A stretch of DNA of 32,000 nt, from contig OY759724.1 in the NCBI GenBank assembly GCA_963662715.1, positions 510,001 to 542,000 of the forward strand, in the 5' to 3' direction. The stretch is from Candidatus Omnitrophota bacterium. Its GTDB lineage: Bacteria; Omnitrophota; Gorgyraeia; Zapsychrales; JANLHA01. Position 1 is the first letter of the stretch. The number at the start of each line of letters is the position of its first letter. Positions 7,922 through 17,155 of the stretch are shown in pieces. Position numbers and translations under genes: made by a program. The notes under the pieces were generated by a model. It was not told the DNA's origin. It ran no database searches and saw only the letters and a list, made by a program, of their open reading frames with translations.

Positions 7922-8584
7922 TTAACGCCCTTCATTCAAAGTCACCGGGATATCAACTCTTAATCCCTGATAATGGGCCGTGATTGTTGTTGTCCCGGGG
8001 CTCTGAGGATACATCATCGGAGGATCTATAAAAAGCACGTCCGGATTCTCGGATGAGAACTGAAGCTCCGGGGATTTACTTAAATCCTTTTCCTGCCCGC
8101 TTTGGGTAACTCCAATGATTCTCGGGACAAGAGCAGGCGACATGTCGTTTAAGATCAAGGCCCCTTCAGGATATTCCAGCCGTTGATAAACTTCGTCATT
8201 CGCCAGATGAAATTTGATGTAGGAAATACCGGAGCTTCCCTCCGCCCCTCTTAACTTAACATGAAGACTCAGGACCACTTTGTTTGTGTCCGGGACGACG
8301 ACATCGACAATACCTGCCCCCTGGACAGGATATTTTTCCAAACCGCCGAGCTCTTTGGTATCCCATTTCAAATAACCTTCGGTAATCGTTTCCCCGGGCC
8401 ATGCGAGTTCAATCTGAATGGTTTGTCCAGGATGGACAATGTCATTCTCCCCCACGTTCAAAGCCTTAACTTCAATAGGGGCGGCCAGCCCCTGCCGAGG
8501 CATAAGAAACGCAAAGAAACAAAGGGCCAACAAGATGAAAAAAGGTGGCGTTCTAGCCTGATTTAAGGTGTATTGACAGGTCAT
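7922..8584 (-). CDS. secreted protein with a C-terminal bacterial Ig-like (Big_2-like) domain
   Basis: 220 aa. Signal peptide ...FFILLALCFFAFLMPRQGLAAP. The C-terminal segment SSENPDVLFIDPPMMYPQSPGTTTITAHYQGLRVDIPVTL resembles Big_2 domains. The ATG overlaps the upstream stop (ATGA at 8581-8584). Confidence 0.75.
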   Translation of the reverse strand: MTCQYTLNQARTPPFFILLALCFFAFLMPRQGLAAPIEVKALNVGENDIVHPGQTIQIELAWPGETITEGYLKWDTKELGGLEKYPVQGAGIVDVVVPDTNKVVLSLHVKLRGAEGSSGISYIKFHLANDEVYQRLEYPEGALILNDMSPALVPRIIGVTQSGQEKDLSKSPELQFSSENPDVLFIDPPMMYPQSPGTTTITAHYQGLRVDIPVTLNEGR

Positions 8585-10551
8585 TTCGCCAACTTCCTTT
8601 CCTTTAAGGATTCCCGTTTTTTACCTGAATTGATGGTCCCTAATAAAACCTTGGCTGCCTCCTCCGGACCTTTCTGTTCATATCCTGCTATCCCCAGCCG
8701 TGTTCTCATCTGTCCCACAAATATGTTTTGGGCAAAGAAGAGTTTAAAAAACTTCTTTGCGACTTTATCGTGTACTTCCCTGTATTGAGGCGGGCCAAAG
8801 ATATTCGCAAAATAAGAATGGACCAGCCCTGTAGAAGTGGTTGTCCCCTTACTCATGACAGCCCCTTCCTGAAATACATTCAGGGCTTTCTGGGCATCCT
8901 CAATCCGATCAATTAAAGGATGGTCAGCATTAATTTCTTCATAATTATTCGCATATAAAATAAAATCTATCTTATGTTCCCTGATAACACGGTCATAAGG
9001 CGTGATGGGCATAATAATCCGGGCATTCACCTTATTGGCACCCATAATAATGGCTCTGTCAATCTGGCCAAAAGCATAACCGGGCTTTAAATCATCCAAT
9101 CTTAAAAAAGCTCCGATTTCCGTGCCTATCCCTACAATCTCGCCTTTGTTATTTATTCTAATTGACCCCATGTCATCGGCAATAATATGCATGTCCTTGA
9201 TTTCGCCATAACCAATCTCACGGAACGCCTCTAATGTTTCCGACTTCCCTGCCCCCGTATCTCCGATAAGCAATATTGTCGCCTTCTTTTTTGTTTTCAA
9301 AGTTATATGCACTAAGGCTCCATGAAAAGGCAGGTGCCCTCTTTTCATCATTATGACATTATGCAACGTTAACACCATCTTTTTCAAGTAACCGAAATAG
9401 CCGAATTCCTCTTTTCCGGGAACCGCCGCAAAGAGTATTTTATTTCTTTCATCGTCATAAAAAACGGTCTGGTATTCCCCTAATCCTTTAACAGTCTTCT
9501 CGGGCACCCCGAAACAGTAAACAGCATCCGGCTTCCTTTTTAGGTCTTCCTCTTCTGCGAGCTGAAAAAGATTGGCCAGCGAATACCCCAATTCCACAAA
9601 AGTGTTGTGAAAATAAATTAAAATGAGCAGTTCTCCGACTTTTGCCGGATAACAGGCCCATTCTTTCTTCTTGATAGTCAATCTCTCCACAGGGTTTTCA
9701 TACACCCGCTCAAAAGCACCCGTTCTCTTATTCATGGGAGGGTTTAGAATCAGGGGAGGATACAGGAGGACCTGACGAATGACAGGAACTGTTTTAAGCT
9801 TATCATACTCACTCGCAGGAAAATCAATATCCATAGGGGCTGCGATAGCCGCCACTTCCGCGCCCGCCCGCACCTGGCGATAAATATTGGGATGAGCGCC
9901 GGTGATGTTTTCCGCAACATCACGATAAGCGGCCCTGACTAAATGGGTCAATTTTTCAATCGTTTCGTTAAAAACTCTATACGGGCGTCTCTCAATATCC
10001 GCATCTTCAGAAGAGCAGACAAGAAAACGGTCAAAGCTCCTCCAGTAATTGTAAAGATGCTCGACAAATTCATTGAACAACATCCTGTCTTCCAGGAAGG
10101 CCTCGGAGCCTTTCACAACTTTGGGGACTAAGTCCCCTCTCATTTTCGTCAAATAAAGGAATGTCTGAACAAGTGTATTTATTTTTGATTCATCAATTTT
10201 CTTTGAACGGAATATTCCCAGCAGTTCAGAGTCGTGCTCCTGCAAATCCTGTATGCAATTCTTCAATACACAAAGGAATAATTTGCTGGAAATCAACTCT
10301 TCCGATGTTTCGCAGATTCTGTTCCGGATCCTGATGATGATTTTGTTCTGATAAAATGCAAACTCGCCAAAATTCACGAAACCCCCTTTCACTTTTTTGT
10401 TCACGTTGAAGAAATTATAACAGATAATACCAATAATTAGAAACAAAAACCCAAACCCGGGAGGGACGAAAACCTGACGACAAATTTCACCCAAAAAAGC
10501 TAATTGGCTGGCAGAGGCATAAAAAATACGTTGCAAGCTATTGTCCCGCAA
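8581..10551 (-). CDS. membrane-anchored protein with an HPr-kinase/PEPCK-like P-loop domain, function unknown
   Basis: 656-aa ORF. HGALVHITLKTKKKATILLIGDTGAGKSETLEAF (P-loop at 9238-9264) and HIIADDMGSI (9166-9186) parallel the HprK C-terminal pattern HG.LV...G.L..G.SG.GKSE....DD. One N-terminal TM helix (FGFLFLIIGIICYNFF). The first canonical start is TTG at 10551, and there is no ATG in the first 136 codons or so, so the start is uncertain. Confidence 0.8.
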   Translation of the reverse strand: MRDNSLQRIFYASASQLAFLGEICRQVFVPPGFGFLFLIIGIICYNFFNVNKKVKGGFVNFGEFAFYQNKIIIRIRNRICETSEELISSKLFLCVLKNCIQDLQEHDSELLGIFRSKKIDESKINTLVQTFLYLTKMRGDLVPKVVKGSEAFLEDRMLFNEFVEHLYNYWRSFDRFLVCSSEDADIERRPYRVFNETIEKLTHLVRAAYRDVAENITGAHPNIYRQVRAGAEVAAIAAPMDIDFPASEYDKLKTVPVIRQVLLYPPLILNPPMNKRTGAFERVYENPVERLTIKKKEWACYPAKVGELLILIYFHNTFVELGYSLANLFQLAEEEDLKRKPDAVYCFGVPEKTVKGLGEYQTVFYDDERNKILFAAVPGKEEFGYFGYLKKMVLTLHNVIMMKRGHLPFHGALVHITLKTKKKATILLIGDTGAGKSETLEAFREIGYGEIKDMHIIADDMGSIRINNKGEIVGIGTEIGAFLRLDDLKPGYAFGQIDRAIIMGANKVNARIIMPITPYDRVIREHKIDFILYANNYEEINADHPLIDRIEDAQKALNVFQEGAVMSKGTTTSTGLVHSYFANIFGPPQYREVHDKVAKKFFKLFFAQNIFVGQMRTRLGIAGYEQKGPEEAAKVLLGTINSGKKRESLKERKLAK

Positions 10552-10634
10552 CGGATTTAAAATTCCTCTTCACCAGGGCCGCCACAAAAACTTATTGAAA
10601 ACAACTGATTCCAGATTATTTTTTATTTAACATA

Positions 10635-13600
10635 TTATTCTTTTTTCAGAAAATCGTTGTGGTAATCAAAAACTGATTGATTCGTAGATTGCTGAGTTCT
10701 ATCTTCGACTAACTTAAAAGCAGAAAACATGTCAATGGAATTACTGCCTGACCCCGGCCCCATCTTAAAAGCCTTTGTGTCAGAATTAGATGCACCGGAT
10801 AAAGACCGCGCTCCGGCAGTGTTCTCCTGCGTCCCGTTAACAAACTGCTGCACACTTACTACTGACTCAATAATATTATTCACATCTTCATTGGTGGTGT
10901 TGGTTCCGGTATCATCTACGACATCCGGCGCTGCTGTGATGGTCAATGTCCCGTTCGTATAACTCGCCGCATATCCCAAGAGAGACGTATACCCACCCGG
11001 GGTAATCACATAACCGCCGACATCGGTCGCGCCCTGGGAGGAGCCGGAATAGGAAACCGTCCCGCTGAAAGCTAATACAGCGGTATCCCCGTTAACAAAG
11101 TCGCTGGAAGTAACGCTGACTCCGTTGCCGCCGGAATACGCAGATCCGCTGTAAACCTGGCTATCGTCGTTAGCCGTGATGGTTACTGCTGGTTGTTCAC
11201 GATAAATGGCATAATTGCCGCTCCCCAAAGACGTGACATAATTGGCATCATCCTCATCACTGTTATAGCGGAAATTCCCGCTGGCGGAACCGATCAGCGC
11301 GGTCAACCCGGCGCTATCGCTGACATCTCCGGAATATAATGTTGCGCGCCCGCCGGAATCAACAGAAAGGCTTGCTCCGCTCACAACAATATCACCACCG
11401 GTGGCTGTTCCGGCCGCCGTACTTTTTCCCGCGTTTAACGTGATCGCGCTTGATCCTGTATTTGTTGTCGCAACCGCGCCGGTTAATGTCAAGTCGCCGG
11501 TTAAAGTCGCGATATCCACAGTACCTGTTGAATTCACTGCCCCAAGCGACATGGCATTACTATCAACTAATTGTAAATTCTGTGCGGACACCACCGAAAC
11601 CGCGCCGGTAAAGTCATTGTTTGTATTTGCCAATGTTACCGCGTTTGTCCCGGCGGTGATCGATGTGGTTCCCGTAACGTCCAACGCGCCGCTTTGCGTC
11701 AGCGCCCCTCCGGTCTGTAACATCAAATTCCCGGAAACCGTTGACGCACCCAGGTCCATCGCATCCGTATCCCGCAAACTCACATCGTTTCCGGAAACAA
11801 CGGACACCGCCCCGGCAAAATCATTCGATGCGTTAGTCAATGTAACATCATTAGCGGAACCAGCCGTAATCGTTGTCGTGCCTGTTACATCCAAGGCCGC
11901 GGTCTGGGTAATAGCGCCCGCGCTTGTCATCGCCAAGTTTGCCGCCGCGGTTACGGCCCCGCCGATGGTAATGGTTGAATTTGTCTGCAATGTCGTGCTG
12001 TCCTGAAAAGTCGGGGTTCCTCCTACCGTGATCGCGCCCGCTGTAGAGCTTCCGATAGTGACGCTGGAAAAACCGTCTTGAATATAACCCCATTCTGCCG
12101 CACTGATGTTGAGATCGCCGCTGCCGCCGGCCAGGCCGATCGTTCTTGCGGCAGAAGACGGCTTGATGGTCAATGTGCCGCTGCCGCCGGTTGCTGCAAT
12201 TGGCGCTGCCACGTCCATGAAGAGTGAATCAGCGACTATGGTAATCGCACTATTGGAACTTGTGACGCTTGAACCGGATTTCTCCCCAATATATGTCGCA
12301 CTCAAACGCATGTTTGAACCGCTAAGCGTAATGGCCCCGGTTGCTGACAACACGGCGTTCGTACTATCCGCGAGGGATAAATCATATCCTGAACCGGTAG
12401 TGCTGCCCGTAATCGTAATTCCACCGCTTCCTGTCGCTGAAATTGTCTGGCCCCAACCGATGTCAACACCATGGCTATTTGATGTCGCATTCGTTCCGGT
12501 GATCATTAATGTGTCGGCTGATGATGTCGTTATCGTGCCGGTATTGCCGCCCTCTTTCATTTCTACCCCTTTTACATCACTGACCACAACTGTAGCAGCA
12601 GCTTGACCATCAATAATAATTTGTCCCGATCCGGAATTGATATTTTGGTCAGCAATATACACACCCATGTGACCATTAGCGCTAGAGGTATCTACCGTTT
12701 TCCCGCTGATCTTTATATTTCCCCCGCTAGTAGTGAGGGTTGCATATTTCAAATAGACACCGGCATAGCGTTCACCTGTTTTTAAATAATCAGCCGCATA
12801 ATCATCGCCTACAGTAAGCGTGTCGGCTCCGCTGTAGGGCGTCCAGCTTGCTGTGCCATCGCCGCCGCCCATCCAGATGCCTCCACCATTAGTATTGATA
12901 GTTATCAAACTTCCGGAGGTGCCTGGCAATCCGATTCCTCCGATAGAATTCCCATCACTGTCCGCCCAAAATATCAAACTGGAACTTATCCCATCGCCAC
13001 CCGCCGCGGCACCGGTCAGGGTTGCACCGGCGTTCACCTCAATATTCCCGGCAGTCTTAAGCGTCAAGGGATCACTGTAAGAAACCGAAGCAGCCACCGT
13101 AATATCACCGGCCGAGGTGTTCCCGATAACAATACCGGAAAAACCACTCACAAAATTTGTTGAGAAATAACTGGCCGGAAGGTCAAGGTCATAACTGGTT
13201 GTCGCAAGCCCGATCGTTGTATCAGCCGTCCTTGGCTGAATCGTCAATGTTCCGGTACTTGCAAACCGGTCATTAGCATGAAGAGTCAGGGTATCTGCGT
13301 TCAATGTAATATTACTCGAAGAAGACGTCACATCCGTACCGCTTTTTTGTCCTAAATATCCGGGCTGATAAATATCCGTACTGCTGTTCACAGTGCTGCC
13401 TACTGTTCCGGTTATTGTGATCGCACCGCTGCTAGAAAGGACATTCCCCAAATTCCACATAACAACCCCGTTAGCTTGAGTGCTTCCTGTCCCGTCGGTT
13501 GTCCCGCCCGTTCCGGTAATGGTAATGCCCCCTCCGGCAGTTGTCTGAATTGTTCCCCGCAAATCCACTCCCATAGCCCATCCGGTATTATTTGTTGTGC

Positions 13601-15359
13601 TCGCGTCCCCGACAATCGTAATTGCGTCAGACTCCGTATTGGCAGATGTAATTTTTCCGCTAATCCATGAAATCCCTTGGGCATTAATTCCAGACGTCTC
13701 CTGAGAAACTCCATAAAGACTTATTTTCCCCGTACCACTATTGATATTTAACCCATCTCCGGAAGCCACATCGGCATAAATCCCCATATTAGTTTGCACC
13801 CCGAGCGCATCAAGAACATTACCAGTAGCCGCACCCTGACCGCGAATCGTGACATCTCCTCCCCCTGAAGTAATCGTCGTGCCCTGAAACCAAATGCCGC
13901 TTGTTTGACTGGCCACACCATCAAGTCCCTGGGCAAACCCGTCGGGTATACCATCACTGGCCGTCCCGCCATTGCTCCCGTCATCGGCGCCTCCCGCCAA
14001 AGTCACATCGCCACCGTTAGAAGTGATCGAAGAACTTGGCTTCATCCAGACCATCCCGCCGCCTGTCGCATCACTATCCGCCCAAAAAACAACATTAAGC
14101 TTGTTGCTGTCGCTTCTAGAGATGCTCATACCGGAATTCAGAAAAATGTTCCGATCAGCCTTAAACGTCAATGTCGTATCCGCCGACCCTCCGCTGACAC
14201 TGATATTATCATTAATCGTAATGTCGCCATCCGTCCCGCTGAATGAACCGTCACAGGAAGCGCCGGTGCAGCTACCTGTTCCGGCAGTGTCCAGCGTCAC
14301 ATTCGTTGTCCGTAAAGCAGTAGCGATTGTTGCCCCGGATATATCGTCTCCAGAGGAATCGACTGTAATATCAACCGGATCAATCAACCATTCACCGATT
14401 TCACCATCAATGGCATGCGTGGTGATTTTCACCGTATCCTTAATGTTTACCGTCGCCGCGCTTGTTTCAATAAACCCTCCGTCGCCGCCATTGGGTGCCG
14501 AGGCGTCCAGCGTGCCGTCAACGATCGTTTTACCGTATTCCATATCGGAAAGCAACAAGATGCGACCATTTCTTTCCGCGATTGTCTGCGCCTCGATCAC
14601 ACCTTCATTATTCACTACCGCGTTGGTAAGCTCATCCGCCGCCTCAGCCGTCATAAACACTACCCCGCCGTCGGCTTTGATCAATCCGCTATTTTCCGCC
14701 AATGCGTCAACAGCACCGTTATCAACAGTGAAATTAATCAATTGTTCATCGGCAAAAGCCAGATTAACTTTATCTGCGGCCACTAACGCAACTGTTCCCG
14801 CATCTGCTGAAATCGTCCCCTCGTTAACCACATGCGGGCTCAGAAAGGCTACATATCCACCAGTAATTTTCCCGTAATTCACCACATCCCCGGCCAATCC
14901 CGAACTTTCAAAAACGAAATTCCCCGACTGGAAATCAGCATCCGCCAAATCCAGCGACGAAGCCACCAGCCCTCCGACATCAACCTGCGAAGACTGTCCG
15001 AAGATGATGCCCGCGGAATTAAGCAGAAAAATCTGCCCATTAGCAGAAAGCCCTCCCAAAATCTGCGAAGGCGACGCATCGAAAATTCTGTTCACCGCGA
15101 CACTCGAACTGCCGGGCTGCACAAAGTCAACCCGGGCCTCAGCACCAATATTAAAAGTATCCCAATCCGCAACCATCGTATCAGAGTATTGATTGACCGT
15201 CATTTGACTATCCTGAGACGTTATCTTCCCGCTGCCGCTGGTGATTTCTCCCCCGGAAGGCAAAGCACCCGGCTCTATAGCCAAAACTAAAAATGACGTT
15301 AGGTGCAAAATAAAAATAATAATAAGCGGAATACTAAAAAGGCGATGAATGTGTTTCAT
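10635..15359 (-). CDS. tpsA: TpsA-type exoprotein (filamentous haemagglutinin family) with an N-terminal TPS domain
   Basis: 1574 aa with a Sec signal. The TPS/haemagglutination-activity domain covers roughly 14460-15270 (MTVNQYSDTMVADWDTFNIGAEARVDFVQPGSSSVAVNRIFDASPSQILGGLSANGQIFLLNSAGIIFG). More than 1000 aa of G/A/T/S-rich beta-helix-type repeats follow. The C-terminal MBG/YDG-like module reads TANDDSQVYSGSAYSG...GGYVITPGG...YTNGTLTITAAP. AAAGGAAAGGGG SD upstream. Confidence 0.93.
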   Translation of the reverse strand: MKHIHRLFSIPLIIIFILHLTSFLVLAIEPGALPSGGEITSGSGKITSQDSQMTVNQYSDTMVADWDTFNIGAEARVDFVQPGSSSVAVNRIFDASPSQILGGLSANGQIFLLNSAGIIFGQSSQVDVGGLVASSLDLADADFQSGNFVFESSGLAGDVVNYGKITGGYVAFLSPHVVNEGTISADAGTVALVAADKVNLAFADEQLINFTVDNGAVDALAENSGLIKADGGVVFMTAEAADELTNAVVNNEGVIEAQTIAERNGRILLLSDMEYGKTIVDGTLDASAPNGGDGGFIETSAATVNIKDTVKITTHAIDGEIGEWLIDPVDITVDSSGDDISGATIATALRTTNVTLDTAGTGSCTGASCDGSFSGTDGDITINDNISVSGGSADTTLTFKADRNIFLNSGMSISRSDSNKLNVVFWADSDATGGGMVWMKPSSSITSNGGDVTLAGGADDGSNGGTASDGIPDGFAQGLDGVASQTSGIWFQGTTITSGGGDVTIRGQGAATGNVLDALGVQTNMGIYADVASGDGLNINSGTGKISLYGVSQETSGINAQGISWISGKITSANTESDAITIVGDASTTNNTGWAMGVDLRGTIQTTAGGGITITGTGGTTDGTGSTQANGVVMWNLGNVLSSSGAITITGTVGSTVNSSTDIYQPGYLGQKSGTDVTSSSSNITLNADTLTLHANDRFASTGTLTIQPRTADTTIGLATTSYDLDLPASYFSTNFVSGFSGIVIGNTSAGDITVAASVSYSDPLTLKTAGNIEVNAGATLTGAAAGGDGISSSLIFWADSDGNSIGGIGLPGTSGSLITINTNGGGIWMGGGDGTASWTPYSGADTLTVGDDYAADYLKTGERYAGVYLKYATLTTSGGNIKISGKTVDTSSANGHMGVYIADQNINSGSGQIIIDGQAAATVVVSDVKGVEMKEGGNTGTITTSSADTLMITGTNATSNSHGVDIGWGQTISATGSGGITITGSTTGSGYDLSLADSTNAVLSATGAITLSGSNMRLSATYIGEKSGSSVTSSNSAITIVADSLFMDVAAPIAATGGSGTLTIKPSSAARTIGLAGGSGDLNISAAEWGYIQDGFSSVTIGSSTAGAITVGGTPTFQDSTTLQTNSTITIGGAVTAAANLAMTSAGAITQTAALDVTGTTTITAGSANDVTLTNASNDFAGAVSVVSGNDVSLRDTDAMDLGASTVSGNLMLQTGGALTQSGALDVTGTTSITAGTNAVTLANTNNDFTGAVSVVSAQNLQLVDSNAMSLGAVNSTGTVDIATLTGDLTLTGAVATTNTGSSAITLNAGKSTAAGTATGGDIVVSGASLSVDSGGRATLYSGDVSDSAGLTALIGSASGNFRYNSDEDDANYVTSLGSGNYAIYREQPAVTITANDDSQVYSGSAYSGGNGVSVTSSDFVNGDTAVLAFSGTVSYSGSSQGATDVGGYVITPGGYTSLLGYAASYTNGTLTITAAPDVVDDTGTNTTNEDVNNIIESVVSVQQFVNGTQENTAGARSLSGASNSDTKAFKMGPGSGSNSIDMFSAFKLVEDRTQQSTNQSVFDYHNDFLKKE
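11478..11897 (-). repeat. two tandem degenerate 210-nt (70-aa) repeats inside tpsA
   Basis: ALDVTGTTTITAGSANDVTLTNASNDFAGAVSVVSGNDVSLRDTDAMDLGA... is followed 70 aa later by ALDVTGTTSITAGTNAVTLANTNNDFTGAVSVVSAQNLQLVDSNAMSLGA.... The unit starts map to 11897 and 11687. The copies have diverged at the DNA level. Confidence 0.6.
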
Positions 15360-15374
15360 TTTTGCCCCTTTCCT

Positions 15375-17099
15375 TTAAAACCATATTGTAGCTTGAATCC
15401 AGAAACGCCCGTCAGGTGAACGGTTATCAGCATCTTTATCAAAGACATCTCGTCCGATGTTCTTTCCTACTTTATGCGCATAAGAACATTGAATCCGATA
15501 CATATTACTTTTTTCAAAATTGACACCCAGGCCAATACCCGTCAGCCAATAATGGTTGCGGCCGGAAATATTGGTTACAGAATTTGTCCAAGTATCCTTA
15601 TGCAAGGTGACATGCCCGGCGTCAAAGAATCCGACCAACTGTGTCCTCAGCCATCTCTGCATAAAAGGCAATTCCAGACGTTTTTCCATCGTCAAAATAT
15701 GGCCCTCATCACCGGAAGCTTCGCCGACAGGGTATGCACGGACACCGCTAGGCCCGCCCAAGAGTATCTTTTGCGAAGAATCCAGATTACAGCCGGAAAA
15801 CTGTCCCCTGGCAGAAAAAAATGCTGAAATATTTTTACCCACACGCTGCAAACGCGCCAAGGAATAAGTTGTTTTGAAAAACTTCCCTGCCGTTCCGGCT
15901 CCGGAATCGTCACTGGACTTCCCGTCTGTTATATCGACATCGCCGGGGTATAAACCGACAGAAAAACTGGTCAAACCTCCACCGAAAAACGTGTCATAAA
16001 AATTTCCGGAAAAATTAATATTACCCGCTAAAACGTTTCTATCACTTGTCACCGTGCCATCCAACTTATCTTCTAAAGAATAATGACTAAGGCCTAATCC
16101 CAACCATAAACTCGTCTTTTGAGTCCGTTTAAGCGGATATTTGACATCCCCTGTCCAGGTGTTCGCATACCCTTTGGAGCGCAAATCTTTCAATTTCCCT
16201 CCAAGCTCGTATCTAAGTCCGCTATAAGATAAATTCAAAAAAGTACCCGTTGCGCCGACCGGCAGAGAAAAATTCATCTTACCCTGATGCAATTCCGCCG
16301 CGTTTACATACATTAAAGAAAACATGTCCCCTTTACCCAGAACATCATACAACCCCACCCTGGCTGTCCGGCGAAAACTGCCCGTATACCGGTTACCAAA
16401 ATTGTCCCCTGACAAGACAGCCGAACCCCAATGCCCTTCTTTTGCCTGAATCGTAATTTTTGAAGTTCCCGGCGTCTGGCCTTTATCCAGATACGCCTTT
16501 GCTAATATCCCCGGCAAATCATTAATCAACAGTACGGCCCGCTCCAAATCCCGCAAATAAATTGGTTTATCTGCAACCAGAGACTTAGCAGCTATTTGTT
16601 CCAGGAATGCATGATCGATCCTGCATGACTTATCGACAACCACGTTCACCTGGCCTTCTAACTTACCAACCATAATATTAATCTTAAGGACTCCGTCAGT
16701 AATATCTTGTTGCGGCAAATATGCCCGTGACAACAGATGCCCTTTTTCTTCTCTAAGATATTTGGTCAACAATTTGGCGATCATCTGAATCTGACTAAAA
16801 CTCAATTCTTTATTGAGATAAGGATTAACAATTTCGTCCAACTCCGAGACAGACGCCAATCCTTCATAGCCGGAAAACTCAATTTTCTTTACAGTAACTT
16901 TTACATTATTATCAGTTATCAATTCCGGCTCTGTTTGAATTTTGTCCTCAGGGAAAGAGGACGGGACATTCTGAACGTCTTGTTGCATTTGTTGGTTCAA
17001 AATTGATCCTGAATCGGGGTTGGCAGCCAGAGCGTTAGGGAGGATTAAAAAAATTGTCGCCAGTAATACCAGAATATATTTAGAAATTCTTTTTGCCAT
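15375..17099 (-). CDS. tpsB: TpsB outer-membrane transporter (ShlB/FhaC/HecB family, POTRA plus Omp85-type barrel)
   Basis: 574 aa from the ATG at 17099; the ORF track extends 12 codons further to a non-ATG start. Signal peptide MAKRISKYILVLLATIFLILPNALA. POTRA-like region VKKIEFSGYEGL...LKINIMVGKLEGQVNV. The barrel ends in ...RFWIQATIWF. The gap to tpsA is 15 nt. Confidence 0.92.
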   Translation of the reverse strand: MAKRISKYILVLLATIFLILPNALAANPDSGSILNQQMQQDVQNVPSSFPEDKIQTEPELITDNNVKVTVKKIEFSGYEGLASVSELDEIVNPYLNKELSFSQIQMIAKLLTKYLREEKGHLLSRAYLPQQDITDGVLKINIMVGKLEGQVNVVVDKSCRIDHAFLEQIAAKSLVADKPIYLRDLERAVLLINDLPGILAKAYLDKGQTPGTSKITIQAKEGHWGSAVLSGDNFGNRYTGSFRRTARVGLYDVLGKGDMFSLMYVNAAELHQGKMNFSLPVGATGTFLNLSYSGLRYELGGKLKDLRSKGYANTWTGDVKYPLKRTQKTSLWLGLGLSHYSLEDKLDGTVTSDRNVLAGNINFSGNFYDTFFGGGLTSFSVGLYPGDVDITDGKSSDDSGAGTAGKFFKTTYSLARLQRVGKNISAFFSARGQFSGCNLDSSQKILLGGPSGVRAYPVGEASGDEGHILTMEKRLELPFMQRWLRTQLVGFFDAGHVTLHKDTWTNSVTNISGRNHYWLTGIGLGVNFEKSNMYRIQCSYAHKVGKNIGRDVFDKDADNRSPDGRFWIQATIWF

Positions 17100-17155
17100 A
17101 TTTTCCCTTTCTTTATATATCCCCAATACAGCCAAGGTTATATGATCAATACTTC

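Noticed and set aside
7922-10551. CdiI-like immunity or toxin-antitoxin reading of the genes after tpsA
   Set aside because: TpsA has no VENN or toxin-like C-terminus. The downstream genes are large (656 and 220 aa) and are membrane-anchored or secreted, unlike small cytoplasmic immunity proteins.
11401-15290. Long plus-strand ORFs inside tpsA (for example 13972-14877 at 301 aa, 11401-12006 at 201 aa, 12106-12606 at 166 aa, 14832-15290 at 152 aa)
   Set aside because: They are antisense shadows of a Gly/Ala/Thr/Ser-rich gene. Their translations are low-complexity and Pro/Ser/Ala/Val-rich. I saw no SD, and no other plus-strand gene exists in the window.
10635-15359. Higher GC of tpsA as evidence for a horizontally acquired island
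   Set aside because: My hand counts of single 60-nt lines gave 39/60 and 32/60 G+C in tpsA, 19/60 and 17/60 in the 22-25 kb array, and 24/60 in the adjacent tpsB. The excess is confined to the Gly/Ala/Thr/Ser-rich gene and follows from its amino-acid composition. No flanking repeats, tRNA or integrase are present.
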